Source of the DNA: Pseudomonadota bacterium
Lineage (GTDB): Bacteria > Pseudomonadota > Gammaproteobacteria > Burkholderiales > Burkholderiaceae_C
Length of the DNA stretch: 64,000 nucleotides
Direction of reading: 5' to 3'
Assembly: GCA_020161065.1 (NCBI GenBank)
Contig: JAIUPH010000027.1
Location: forward strand, 2,072 to 66,071
In this document: positions 39,952-48,019 of the stretch, one piece after another
Position numbering within the stretch: the stretch's first letter is position 1
Layout of the letters: every line of letters begins with the position of its first letter
Notes under the pieces: generated by a model
What the model saw: the letters and a program-made list of their open reading frames with translations, nothing else
What the model was told of the DNA's origin: nothing
Databases searched by the model: none
Program-made: the position numbers and the translations under genes

Positions 39952-40087
39952 GGCTTCTCCTCCGTTGTTGGCGCTGACTGTGCGCGCCGGGCATGGGCGC
40001 CACATCAGCCATTTGAAGGAGACGCATCGCCGAGCCACCCCCCGGAATCCGGGGGTCGGGGCCGGCGAAGCGGCAAGCCGCCAAGCC

Positions 40088-40996
40088 TCAATGCGAGCGG
40101 ATCATCGTCCCGTAGGCTTGGTCGGTGAGGATTTCCAGCAGCATCGCGTGCGGCACGCGGCCGTCGACCACGTGCACCGCGTTGACGCCGCTCTTGGCGG
40201 CGTCGATCGCGCCGGCCAGCTTGGGCAGCATGCCGCCGCTGATGGTGCCGTCGGCGATCAGCTCGTCGATCTGGCGCGGCGTCAGCTCGGTCAGCAGCTC
40301 GCCGGCCTTGTCCAGCACGCCGCGAATGTTGGTCAGCATCACCAGCTTCTCGGCCTTCAGCACGGTGGCCAGCTTGGCGGCCACCAGGTCGGCGTTGATG
40401 TTGTACGACTCGTTGCGCTCGCCGAAGCCGATCGGGCTGATCACCGGGATGAACTGGTCGTCCTGCAGCGCCTTGACCACCGAGGGGTCGATCGCGGTGA
40501 TCTCGCCCACCTGGCCGATGTCGTGGTGCTTGCTGGGATCGTCCTTGTCGGCCAGCTTCATCTGGTGGGCGCGGATCAGGCCGCCGTCGCGTCCGGTCAG
40601 GCCCACGGCCTTGCCGCCGGCGGCGTTGATGAGGCCGACGATGTCTTGCTGCACCTCGCCGGCCAGCACCCATTCGACGACTTCCATCGTCTCCTCGTCG
40701 GTGACGCGCATGCCTTGCACGAAGGTGCCCTTCTTGCCCACCTTGGCCAGCGCATCGTCGATCTGCGGGCCGCCGCCGTGCACGACGATGGGGTTCATGC
40801 CCACCAGCTTGAGCAGCACGATGTCTTCGGCGAAGTCCTGCTGCAGCGCCGGGTCGGTCATCGCGTTGCCGCCGTACTTGATGACCAGCGTCTTGCCGTG
40901 GAAGCGGCGGATGTAGGGCAGCGCCTGCGCCAGGATCTCGGCCTGGTCGCGCGGGGTGATGTGGTCCAGCGAATGTTCGGCGGCGGCTTGGTTCAT
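40088..40996 (-). CDS. argB: acetylglutamate kinase
   Basis: 302 aa. ...[15 protein letters not shown]...VVHGGGPQI... Confidence 0.96.
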   Translation of the reverse strand: MNQAAAEHSLDHITPRDQAEILAQALPYIRRFHGKTLVIKYGGNAMTDPALQQDFAEDIVLLKLVGMNPIVVHGGGPQIDDALAKVGKKGTFVQGMRVTDEETMEVVEWVLAGEVQQDIVGLINAAGGKAVGLTGRDGGLIRAHQMKLADKDDPSKHHDIGQVGEITAIDPSVVKALQDDQFIPVISPIGFGERNESYNINADLVAAKLATVLKAEKLVMLTNIRGVLDKAGELLTELTPRQIDELIADGTISGGMLPKLAGAIDAAKSGVNAVHVVDGRVPHAMLLEILTDQAYGTMIRSH

Positions 40997-41116
40997 GGCG
41001 GCGCGGGCGGCGGTGGGTTGCAGCGAAAAACCATTGTAGGAAGGTCGGCGTGGCGCGGCGCCGGCGCGTTAATCTCGCGGCCCCGCCATCATGTCCCACC
41101 CCGAGGAGCGCCCCGC

Positions 41117-41419
41117 ATGAAACGTCGCCGCCTGCCCATCGTGGCCACCGCGCTGTTGGCCGCCGCCTGCCTGTGGCCGGCGGCCTGGGCGCAAAGCACC
41201 GCCGTCGACGGCGAGGTGACCAAGATCGACCGCGCGCAAGACCGCGTCACGCTCAAGCATGGCGAGATCAAGGCGCTGGACATGCCGGCCATGACCATGG
41301 CCTACCGCGTCGCCGACTCCAAGCTGCTGGACGGCGTGGCCGTCGGCGACCGCGTGCGCTTCACGGCCGCCAAGATCAACGGCAGCTACACCCTCACCAG
41401 CCTGAGCAAAGCACCATGA
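41117..41419 (+). CDS. CusF-like periplasmic copper-binding protein
   Basis: Signal peptide MKRRRLPIVATALLAAACLWPAAWA. ...VTLKHGEIKALDMPAMTMAYRV... 100 aa. Confidence 0.8.
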   Translation: MKRRRLPIVATALLAAACLWPAAWAQSTAVDGEVTKIDRAQDRVTLKHGEIKALDMPAMTMAYRVADSKLLDGVAVGDRVRFTAAKINGSYTLTSLSKAP

Positions 41420-42456
41420 GCACCCCGATCGACGCCGTCAACCACCAGGTGCGCCTGGCCGCGCGCCCGCAGGGCCTGCCGCGCGCCGGCGACTGGCAGT
41501 TCACGCAGGAGCCGGTGGCCGCGCCCGGCGCCGGCGGCGTGCTGGTAAAGACGCTGGCGTTGTCGCTCGACCCCGCCATGCGCGGCTGGATGAACGAAGG
41601 CAAGAGCTACATCGCGCCGGTGGCCATCGGCGAGGTGATGCGCGCCGGCGGCGTGGGCGTGGTGGTGGCCTCCGACGCGGCGGCCTTTCCGGTCGGCGCG
41701 CACGTCAGCGGCACGCTGGGCGTTCAGGAATACGCCGCCCTCGGCGCCGAGGCGCTGCGCAAGGGCGCGCTGGCGCGCATCGACCTGACGCTGGGCACGC
41801 TGGCGCAATGGCTCAACGTGCTGGGCATGCCCGGCATGACGGCCTACTTCGGCCTGCTGGAAGTCGGCCGGCCGCAGCCCGGGCAGACCGTGGTGGTCTC
41901 GGGCGCCGCCGGCGCGGTCGGCCAGACCGTCGGCCAGCTGGCGCGCATCAAGGGCTGCCGTGCGGTGGGCATTGCCGGCGGCGCCGCCAAGTGCGACTGG
42001 GCGGTGCGCGAACTGGGCTTCGACGCCTGCATCGACTACAAGAACGGCGACGTGAAAGACGGCCTCAAGCAGCATTGCCCGCAAGGCGTGGACGTCTACT
42101 TCGACAACGTGGGCGGCGAGATCCTCGACACGGTGCTGACGCGCATCACGCGCGGCGCGCGCATCGTCATCTGCGGGGCGATCAGCCAGTACAACGCCAC
42201 CGGCGCGGTGCAGGGGCCGAAGAACTACCTCTCGCTGCTGGTCAACCGCGCGCGCATGGAAGGCATGGTGGTGTTCGACTACGCGGCGCGCTACCCGCAG
42301 GCGGTGGCCGAGCTGGCCGGCTACTTGAAGGACGGCCGCCTGAAGAGCCGCGAAGACGTGGTGACCGGCGGCGTGCAGGCCTTCCCCGAGACGCTGCTCA
42401 AGCTGTTCAGCGGCCAGAATTTCGGCAAGCTGGTGCTGCAGGTGGCCGCGGGCTGA
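41416..42456 (+). CDS. NADP-dependent medium-chain oxidoreductase (enone/alkenal reductase-like)
   Basis: The ATG at 41416 overlaps the CusF-like stop (ATGA). ...GMPGMTAYFGLLEVGRPQPGQTVVVSGAAGAVG... 346 aa. Confidence 0.85.
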   Translation: MSTPIDAVNHQVRLAARPQGLPRAGDWQFTQEPVAAPGAGGVLVKTLALSLDPAMRGWMNEGKSYIAPVAIGEVMRAGGVGVVVASDAAAFPVGAHVSGTLGVQEYAALGAEALRKGALARIDLTLGTLAQWLNVLGMPGMTAYFGLLEVGRPQPGQTVVVSGAAGAVGQTVGQLARIKGCRAVGIAGGAAKCDWAVRELGFDACIDYKNGDVKDGLKQHCPQGVDVYFDNVGGEILDTVLTRITRGARIVICGAISQYNATGAVQGPKNYLSLLVNRARMEGMVVFDYAARYPQAVAELAGYLKDGRLKSREDVVTGGVQAFPETLLKLFSGQNFGKLVLQVAAG

Positions 42457-42490
42457 CGCGCCCGCCGGCGCTCAGGGCGCCACGCCCCGC

Positions 42491-43405
42491 TCAGGGCTCC
42501 ACGCCCAACTGTCGACACAACTCGGCCCAGGGCGCCGGGTGCTCCGCCATCTCGACGTGCGGCACGCCGGCCAGGTGCACGTTGCGCGCGCCCGCCAGCG
42601 TGGCCGTGCTGGCCGGGAAGACGATGTTGTCGCAGTGGCTGTAGAAGCAGGTGAAGCCATGGTGGTCGGCCACGCCGTGGCGGGCTTCCGCCGCCTGCAG
42701 CGCCGCCAGCCACGCGCCGCCGCGGCGCATCTGCCGCCCGTTGGTGCTGAAGGCCCAGCGCGCCAGCCAGGTGCCATGGTGCGGCGTGCCCAGCGTCAGC
42801 GCGGCGGCCAGGCGCGCCGCGTGGCCCGGCGCGGCGGCACGCCAGCAGCGCAGCGCCAGCCCGCCCATGCTGTGCGCCACGGCGACGGGCGGCAGCCCGG
42901 TGGCGGCGTGCAGTTGGCGCACCGCGGCTTCGATGCGCGGCGCGGTGTCGTCGATCGAGCCGAACACCGGCTCCAGGTTCACCGCGACGAAAGGCACGCC
43001 GCGCCGCCGCAACCGCAGCAGCCAGGGCCGCCACAGGCCGCGGTTGCAGACGAAGCCGTGGACCAGCAGCACGCCGGTGCGGCCTTGCGCATCGGCCGGC
43101 AGGTGGTCGGCCGGCGTCGCGCTGCGCCAGGGCTGGCGCCACAGAAAGACCCGCGGCGCGGCCAGCGATTCGGCCAGCCAGGCGCGCAACAACTGGCCCA
43201 CGCCGGGGCGCGGCGCGGGGTCGGCGCGGTTGACGTGGTGGATCAGCACGAACTCGTAGCCCAGGAAGAGCGCATGGCCGGCCAGCAGCAGCACCAGCAC
43301 CACCGCCTGCGCGACGCCGAAACCGCTTGCGCCGGTCCAGCCCGCCCACAGCAGCAGCGCGCCCAGCCAGGCCAGGCTGATGAGCTGCTGCAGCCGCGCC
43401 AGCAT
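42491..43405 (-). CDS. membrane-anchored alpha/beta hydrolase (class-2 lipase-like, AHSMGG elbow)
   Basis: Start MLARLQQLISLAWLG (cat at 43403-43405). Two N-terminal TM helices. VLLVHGFVCN and nucleophile elbow AHSMGG. 304 aa. Confidence 0.75.
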   Translation of the reverse strand: MLARLQQLISLAWLGALLLWAGWTGASGFGVAQAVVLVLLLAGHALFLGYEFVLIHHVNRADPAPRPGVGQLLRAWLAESLAAPRVFLWRQPWRSATPADHLPADAQGRTGVLLVHGFVCNRGLWRPWLLRLRRRGVPFVAVNLEPVFGSIDDTAPRIEAAVRQLHAATGLPPVAVAHSMGGLALRCWRAAAPGHAARLAAALTLGTPHHGTWLARWAFSTNGRQMRRGGAWLAALQAAEARHGVADHHGFTCFYSHCDNIVFPASTATLAGARNVHLAGVPHVEMAEHPAPWAELCRQLGVEP

Positions 43406-43983
43406 CAGAGTAGCAAGCGGCCGCGAAAGCCGCGCGCCGCGTAGTACGACTGCACGCCGTTGTGATAGACGAAGACCTGGCCGTAGCGCCGGTCGCCAAA
43501 CAGCGCGCCGCCGAGCGCGCGCACCGCCGGCGGCGTGGCGATCCAGCTCGAGGTCTTCAAGTCGAACTCGCCCTGGCGCTGCAAGGCGCGGTACTGCGCT
43601 TCCGTGAGCAGCTCGATGCCCATCGCCTGCGCCATGTCCAGCGCGCTGCCGGCGGGCTTGTTCTCCTTGCGCGCCGCCAGCGCCTGGCCGTCGTAGCACA
43701 GGCTGCGGCGGCCGGCCGGGCTTTCGGGCGCGCAGTCGCAGAAGACGAAGCGGCCGCGGTCGCCTTCACCGTCGCCTTCACTGTCACCGTCGTCGTCATC
43801 GCGGCCGATCACGTCGGGCTCGCCGCCGCTGGCTTCCATCCGCTGCAGCGAGGCCAGCGCGCCGGCGTCGGCTTCGAGCCGGGCCAGCACCGCCGCCCAG
43901 GCGATCCCCGGGTGGCGTTGCGGGTGCTGCTCGAAGCGGCTTTGCAGCGTGCGCAGCAGCGCCGTGCGTTCCAGTGCCTTCAT
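43405..43983 (-). CDS. DUF4256 domain protein
   Basis: 192 aa. ...FVFCDCAPESPAGRRSLCYDGQAL...FDLKTSSWIATP...RYGQVFVYHNGVQSYYAARGFRG. The stop shares 1 nt with the downstream start. Confidence 0.65.
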   Translation of the reverse strand: MKALERTALLRTLQSRFEQHPQRHPGIAWAAVLARLEADAGALASLQRMEASGGEPDVIGRDDDDGDSEGDGEGDRGRFVFCDCAPESPAGRRSLCYDGQALAARKENKPAGSALDMAQAMGIELLTEAQYRALQRQGEFDLKTSSWIATPPAVRALGGALFGDRRYGQVFVYHNGVQSYYAARGFRGRLLL

Positions 43984-44014
43984 GGCCTGCGCGCCTTCGC
44001 GAAACCGTCAGCGC

Positions 44015-44344
44015 CTACGGGCGCAGCGCCACGGTCACCAGCGCCGAGCAGTCCTGCAACGCCAGCACGCCATGCGTGACGCCGCCGGCCAGGTACAGCA
44101 ACTGCCCGGCGTGCAGGACGTGCGACTGGCCGTCGACGCTGACATCGAGCGCGCCTTCGATGCACTGGATGGTGATCTCGCCCGGCACGCGGTGCGGCGG
44201 CAGCGACTTGCCGGCCGCCAGCACCAGGCGCATGACTTCCAGGTCCTGCGCCTTGAACAGCGCGAGCGTCTTCTCCTGCCCGAGCCGGGCGCCGAGCGGC
44301 CCGACATCGACGGCCTGGCCTGAGCTTGCGTGCGGGATTGCCAT
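44015..44344 (-). CDS. small cupin-domain protein
   Basis: 109 aa. ...LAAGKSLPPHRVPGEITIQCIEGALDVSVDGQSHVLHAGQLLYLAGGVTHGV... Confidence 0.7.
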   Translation of the reverse strand: MAIPHASSGQAVDVGPLGARLGQEKTLALFKAQDLEVMRLVLAAGKSLPPHRVPGEITIQCIEGALDVSVDGQSHVLHAGQLLYLAGGVTHGVLALQDCSALVTVALRP

Positions 44345-44385
44345 CGCCGCAGTATGCGCCCGGCCGGCCGCGGGCCGCCATCAAG

Positions 44386-44454
44386 CGCCCTTCGCACGGC
44401 CTTCAAGACGCCCTTCAAGGCGCCCTTGACACGCCCTTCACACGCCCTTCAGCC
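44386..44454. repeat. Six tandem copies of an 11-12 bp unit with core GCCCTTCA
   Basis: GCCCTT-type cores start at 44387, 44399 (degenerate), 44410, 44422, 44433 and 44444. The array straddles the lysR stop codon (44438-44440) and lies 42-110 bp upstream of the cupin start. Confidence 0.85.
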
Positions 44455-45358
44455 GCCCCCGCACCGCCGCCGCCGCGTCGCGCAGCGCGCCGACGAAGGC
44501 GTCGCGCAAGGGGTTGGGTGCGCGCAATTCGGGCAGCACGAGGCTGACGCGAAACGGCACGTGCACGGTCAGCGCGCGCACCTGGAGCTGCGGGCCGGCG
44601 GCGTCCAGCGCGGTCAGCGGGTTGACGATGGCCACGCCCAGCCCTTGGCGCACCAGCGCGCACACCGCGGCGGCGCTGCCGGCTTCCAGCGCCAGCCGCC
44701 GCGCCACGCGCTGGCGCTCGAACAGCGCGTCGATCTGCTGCCGGTAAGGGTCGCCGGCGGCCAGGCTGACGAAGGCCTGGCCGGCGAAGTCGGCCGGCCG
44801 CAGCCGGCGCCGCGCCAGCAGCGGGTGGCCGGCGGGCAGCACCGCCACCTCGTCGAGCTTCAGCAGCGCCTCGGCGCGCGTGCCGGGCGGCGCGGCGTCG
44901 TGCTCGGTGAGGCCGAGGTCGCAGCGCTGCTCGGCCAGCCAGCCTTCCAGCAGCGGCGATTCGAGCGGCGTGATGCTGACGCTGGCCTCGGCCTGCGCGG
45001 CGCAGAAGCGGCGCACCGCGTCGGGCAGCAGCGTGTGCGCCAGCGCCGGCAGGCAGGCCACGTCGAGCCGCCCCTGCGCGAAGTGGCGCAGCGCGGCCGC
45101 CGTCGCGGCGATGCGCTCCAGCCCCTGGTAGCTGCGCTCGACCTCGTCGCGCAGCGCCAGCGCGCGCACCGTGGGCCGCAGCCGGCCGCGCACGCGGTCG
45201 AACAGGTTCATCTGCAGCAGCTGCTCCAGCCGCGCCAGCTCGCGGCTGACGGTGGGCTGCGAGCTGTGCAGCAACTCGGCCGCGCGCGTCACGCTGCCGG
45301 CCAGCATCAGCGCGCGGAAGACCTCGACGTGGCGGTGGGTGAGGCGTGGCCCTGTCAT
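44438..45358 (-). CDS. lysR: LysR-family transcriptional regulator, divergent from lysA
   Basis: 306 aa. HTH HVEVFRALMLAGSVTRAAELLHSSQPTVSRELARLE. 62-bp divergent gap to lysA. Confidence 0.85.
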   Translation of the reverse strand: MTGPRLTHRHVEVFRALMLAGSVTRAAELLHSSQPTVSRELARLEQLLQMNLFDRVRGRLRPTVRALALRDEVERSYQGLERIAATAAALRHFAQGRLDVACLPALAHTLLPDAVRRFCAAQAEASVSITPLESPLLEGWLAEQRCDLGLTEHDAAPPGTRAEALLKLDEVAVLPAGHPLLARRRLRPADFAGQAFVSLAAGDPYRQQIDALFERQRVARRLALEAGSAAAVCALVRQGLGVAIVNPLTALDAAGPQLQVRALTVHVPFRVSLVLPELRAPNPLRDAFVGALRDAAAAVRGRLKGV

Positions 45359-45420
45359 ATCCGATTTGAATGGCCTACCGACGATAAAGCATTTGCCGGC
45401 ATGGCCGGTGGCCGGGCATC

Positions 45421-46671
45421 ATGCGCACGATGAACCCTTTCGCCCCCGAGCTGCTGCGCGCGCTGGCGCAGGCCCACGGCACGCCGCTGTGGGTGTACGA
45501 CGCCGCCACCGTGCGCGCGCGCATCGCCGAGCTGCGCGCCTTCGACACCATCCGCTACGCGCAGAAGGCCAACTCCAACGTGCACTTGCTGCGCCTGATG
45601 CGCGCGCAAGGCGTGGCGGTCGACGCGGTGTCGGCCGGCGAGATCCAACGCGCGCTGGCCGCCGGCTACGACGCGCGCGATGCGCTGGCGCCGGGCCTCG
45701 TCTTCACCGCCGACCTGATCACGCGCGACACGCTGGACCTCGTGGTGGCGCACGGCATTCCGGTCAACGCCGGCTCGGTGGACATGCTGCACCAGCTGGG
45801 CGCCGTGTCGCCCGGCCACCGCGTGTGGCTGCGCATCAACCCCGGCTTCGGCCACGGCCACAGCAACAAGACCAACACCGGCGGCGAGCACAGCAAGCAC
45901 GGCATCTGGCACGCCGAGCTGGACGCCGCGCGCCAGGCCGTGCAGCAGCACGGGCTGGACCTGGTGGGGCTGCACATGCACATCGGCTCGGGCGTCGACT
46001 ACGGCCACCTGCAGCAGGTGTGCGACGCGATGGTGGGCATGGTGGCGCGCCTGGCGCTGCCGGTGCGCGCGGTGTCGGCCGGCGGCGGACTCTCGGTGCC
46101 GTACCGCGCGGGCGATGCGCGGATCGACACCGCGCACTACCACGCGCTGTGGCACGCCGCGCGCCAGCGCATCGAGGCCGCGCACGGCGGCCGCCCGGTG
46201 CACCTGGAAATCGAGCCCGGCCGCTACCTGGTGGCCGAAAGCGGCGTGCTGCTGGCCGAGGTGCGCGCCGTCAAGCGCATGGGCAGCCGCTTCTTCGCGC
46301 TGGTCGACGCCGGCTTCAACGAGCTGATGCGGCCCGCGATGTACGGCGCCCACCATGAAATCTCGCTGTTGGCCGCCGACGCCGTGCCGCGCGCCGTGGT
46401 GCCCACCGTGGTGGCCGGGCCGCTGTGCGAATCGGGCGACGTCTTCACGCAGGGCGATGGCGGCGTCGTGCTGTCGCGCGAGCTGCCGCAAGCCCGCGTC
46501 GGCGACCTGCTGGTCTTCCACGACGCCGGCGCCTACGGGGCCAGCATGTCCAGCAACTACAACAGCCGCCCGCTGGCGGCCGAAGTGCTGGTCGACGGCG
46601 CCGAGGCCAGGCTGGTGCGCCGCCGCCAGCGGATCGACGCGTTGCTGGCGTTGGAGGACGGGTTGGGTTGA
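45421..46671 (+). CDS. lysA: diaminopimelate decarboxylase
   Basis: 416 aa. ...YAQKANSN (PLP Lys)...GGEHSKHG...GGGL...CESGD... Confidence 0.95.
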   Translation: MRTMNPFAPELLRALAQAHGTPLWVYDAATVRARIAELRAFDTIRYAQKANSNVHLLRLMRAQGVAVDAVSAGEIQRALAAGYDARDALAPGLVFTADLITRDTLDLVVAHGIPVNAGSVDMLHQLGAVSPGHRVWLRINPGFGHGHSNKTNTGGEHSKHGIWHAELDAARQAVQQHGLDLVGLHMHIGSGVDYGHLQQVCDAMVGMVARLALPVRAVSAGGGLSVPYRAGDARIDTAHYHALWHAARQRIEAAHGGRPVHLEIEPGRYLVAESGVLLAEVRAVKRMGSRFFALVDAGFNELMRPAMYGAHHEISLLAADAVPRAVVPTVVAGPLCESGDVFTQGDGGVVLSRELPQARVGDLLVFHDAGAYGASMSSNYNSRPLAAEVLVDGAEARLVRRRQRIDALLALEDGLG

Positions 46672-46676
46672 TCAAT

Positions 46677-46694
46677 CTCCACCAATTGGTGGAG
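46677..46694. promoter_or_regulatory. 18-bp perfect palindrome CTCCACCAATTGGTGGAG
   Basis: Starts 6 nt after the lysA stop and ends 69 nt before the LuxR-type gene start. No T-run follows it. Confidence 0.45.
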
Positions 46695-46762
46695 AACGGC
46701 TTCGTGAAAGTCCCAGCCGGCGGCTGATCCGCCGTCCCGGATACTGGCGGCAAACCGTAGCC

Positions 46763-48019
46763 ATGGCGGGGGCTTTGATGGCTGACGAAGACGCGTTCGA
46801 TTGCGCGGTGGCCGAGTTGTACCTGGCGGCCGTCGGCGAGTTGCCTTGGCGGCAGCCGCTCACGCGCATCGTCGAGATGCTCGACGCCTTCGGCGCCTAC
46901 CTGCACGGCATCAACCTGGCCGATGGGACGGTGAACTTCGGCTACGACGTCGGCGGATTTGCGCCCGAAGCGGCGCTGCACTACATCCGCGACTACCACG
47001 CCATCGACCCGCGCGTGCCCCTCGTGGCCCATGCCGAAGTCGGCGAATGGGTCAGTTGCCATCACCACATCGACGACGCGGCGGTGGCCTTGAGTCCGTT
47101 CTATCAGGACTTCCTGATCCCCTCGGGCGGCCGCTACGTCAGTGGTGCCAAGGTCTATCAGGACCGCGAGATCATCGCCATCCTCGGCATCCATCGGGGC
47201 ATCGGCATGCAGCCGCTCGGCGAAGCCGAACTGGCCATCGGGCGCAGGCTCGGCGTGCACGTTGCCAACGCGCTGGGCATCTGGCGGCGCCAGCGGCGCA
47301 AGCTGCGCGAGACCTTGCTGGGCACCGCCGTCCTGCAGCGCATGACGCAGCCGCTGCTGCTGCTCGACGAGCAGCTTCAGCTTCACTTCTGCAGCGAGGC
47401 GGCCCGCACCGCGCTGGCCGCCGACCCGCGGCTGCGCATCGCCGACAAGGCCTTGCACTTCGGCTCGCGGCACGATCGCGCGCAACTCGTGCTGGCCTTG
47501 CGCGAGCTGTCGCTCGGCGCCGAAGCGGCGTTCGGCCGCATCGCCGCCAGCCAGGACCGCAAGGTCGTGCGTATCGACTCGCCGGCGGGCGAGCCGCCAT
47601 TGCTGCTGGTGCTGCTGGCGCTGCGGCCGCAGGAGACCCTGGGCGCCTTCGGCCCGGTGCCGCTGGCCATCGCGCTGGTGCACGACCTGGCCGCGCGGGC
47701 AACGCCCGACCCGCTGCTGGTGGCCGCGGCCTTCGGCCTGACGCCGGCGGAGTCGCGGGTCGCCGTGCAACTGGCCGCCGGCGCCAGCGTCCCGGAGACG
47801 GCCGATACCCTCGGCGTGGCGCGCTCCACCGTGCGCACGCACCTGCTGCAGGTGTTCCAGAAGGTCGGCGTCAACCGGCAGCAGGACCTGGCGTTCGCGC
47901 TGGCCGGGCTGGGCGTGCTGGCCGCTGCCGAGCCGCCGCCGGCCCCGGCCCCGGCGCCGGCCGTCCTGCCCGAGCCTGGCCGCCGCGAAGCGGTGGTGGC
48001 GCCGGACGGCCGCGACTAG
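46763..48019 (+). CDS. LuxR-family transcriptional regulator (unknown N-terminal domain plus C-terminal HTH)
   Basis: Start MAGALMADEDAF (alternative ATG at 46778). C-terminal LTPAESRVAVQLAAGASVPETADTLGVARSTVRTHLLQVFQKVGV. 418 aa. Confidence 0.8.
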   Translation: MAGALMADEDAFDCAVAELYLAAVGELPWRQPLTRIVEMLDAFGAYLHGINLADGTVNFGYDVGGFAPEAALHYIRDYHAIDPRVPLVAHAEVGEWVSCHHHIDDAAVALSPFYQDFLIPSGGRYVSGAKVYQDREIIAILGIHRGIGMQPLGEAELAIGRRLGVHVANALGIWRRQRRKLRETLLGTAVLQRMTQPLLLLDEQLQLHFCSEAARTALAADPRLRIADKALHFGSRHDRAQLVLALRELSLGAEAAFGRIAASQDRKVVRIDSPAGEPPLLLVLLALRPQETLGAFGPVPLAIALVHDLAARATPDPLLVAAAFGLTPAESRVAVQLAAGASVPETADTLGVARSTVRTHLLQVFQKVGVNRQQDLAFALAGLGVLAAAEPPPAPAPAPAVLPEPGRREAVVAPDGRD

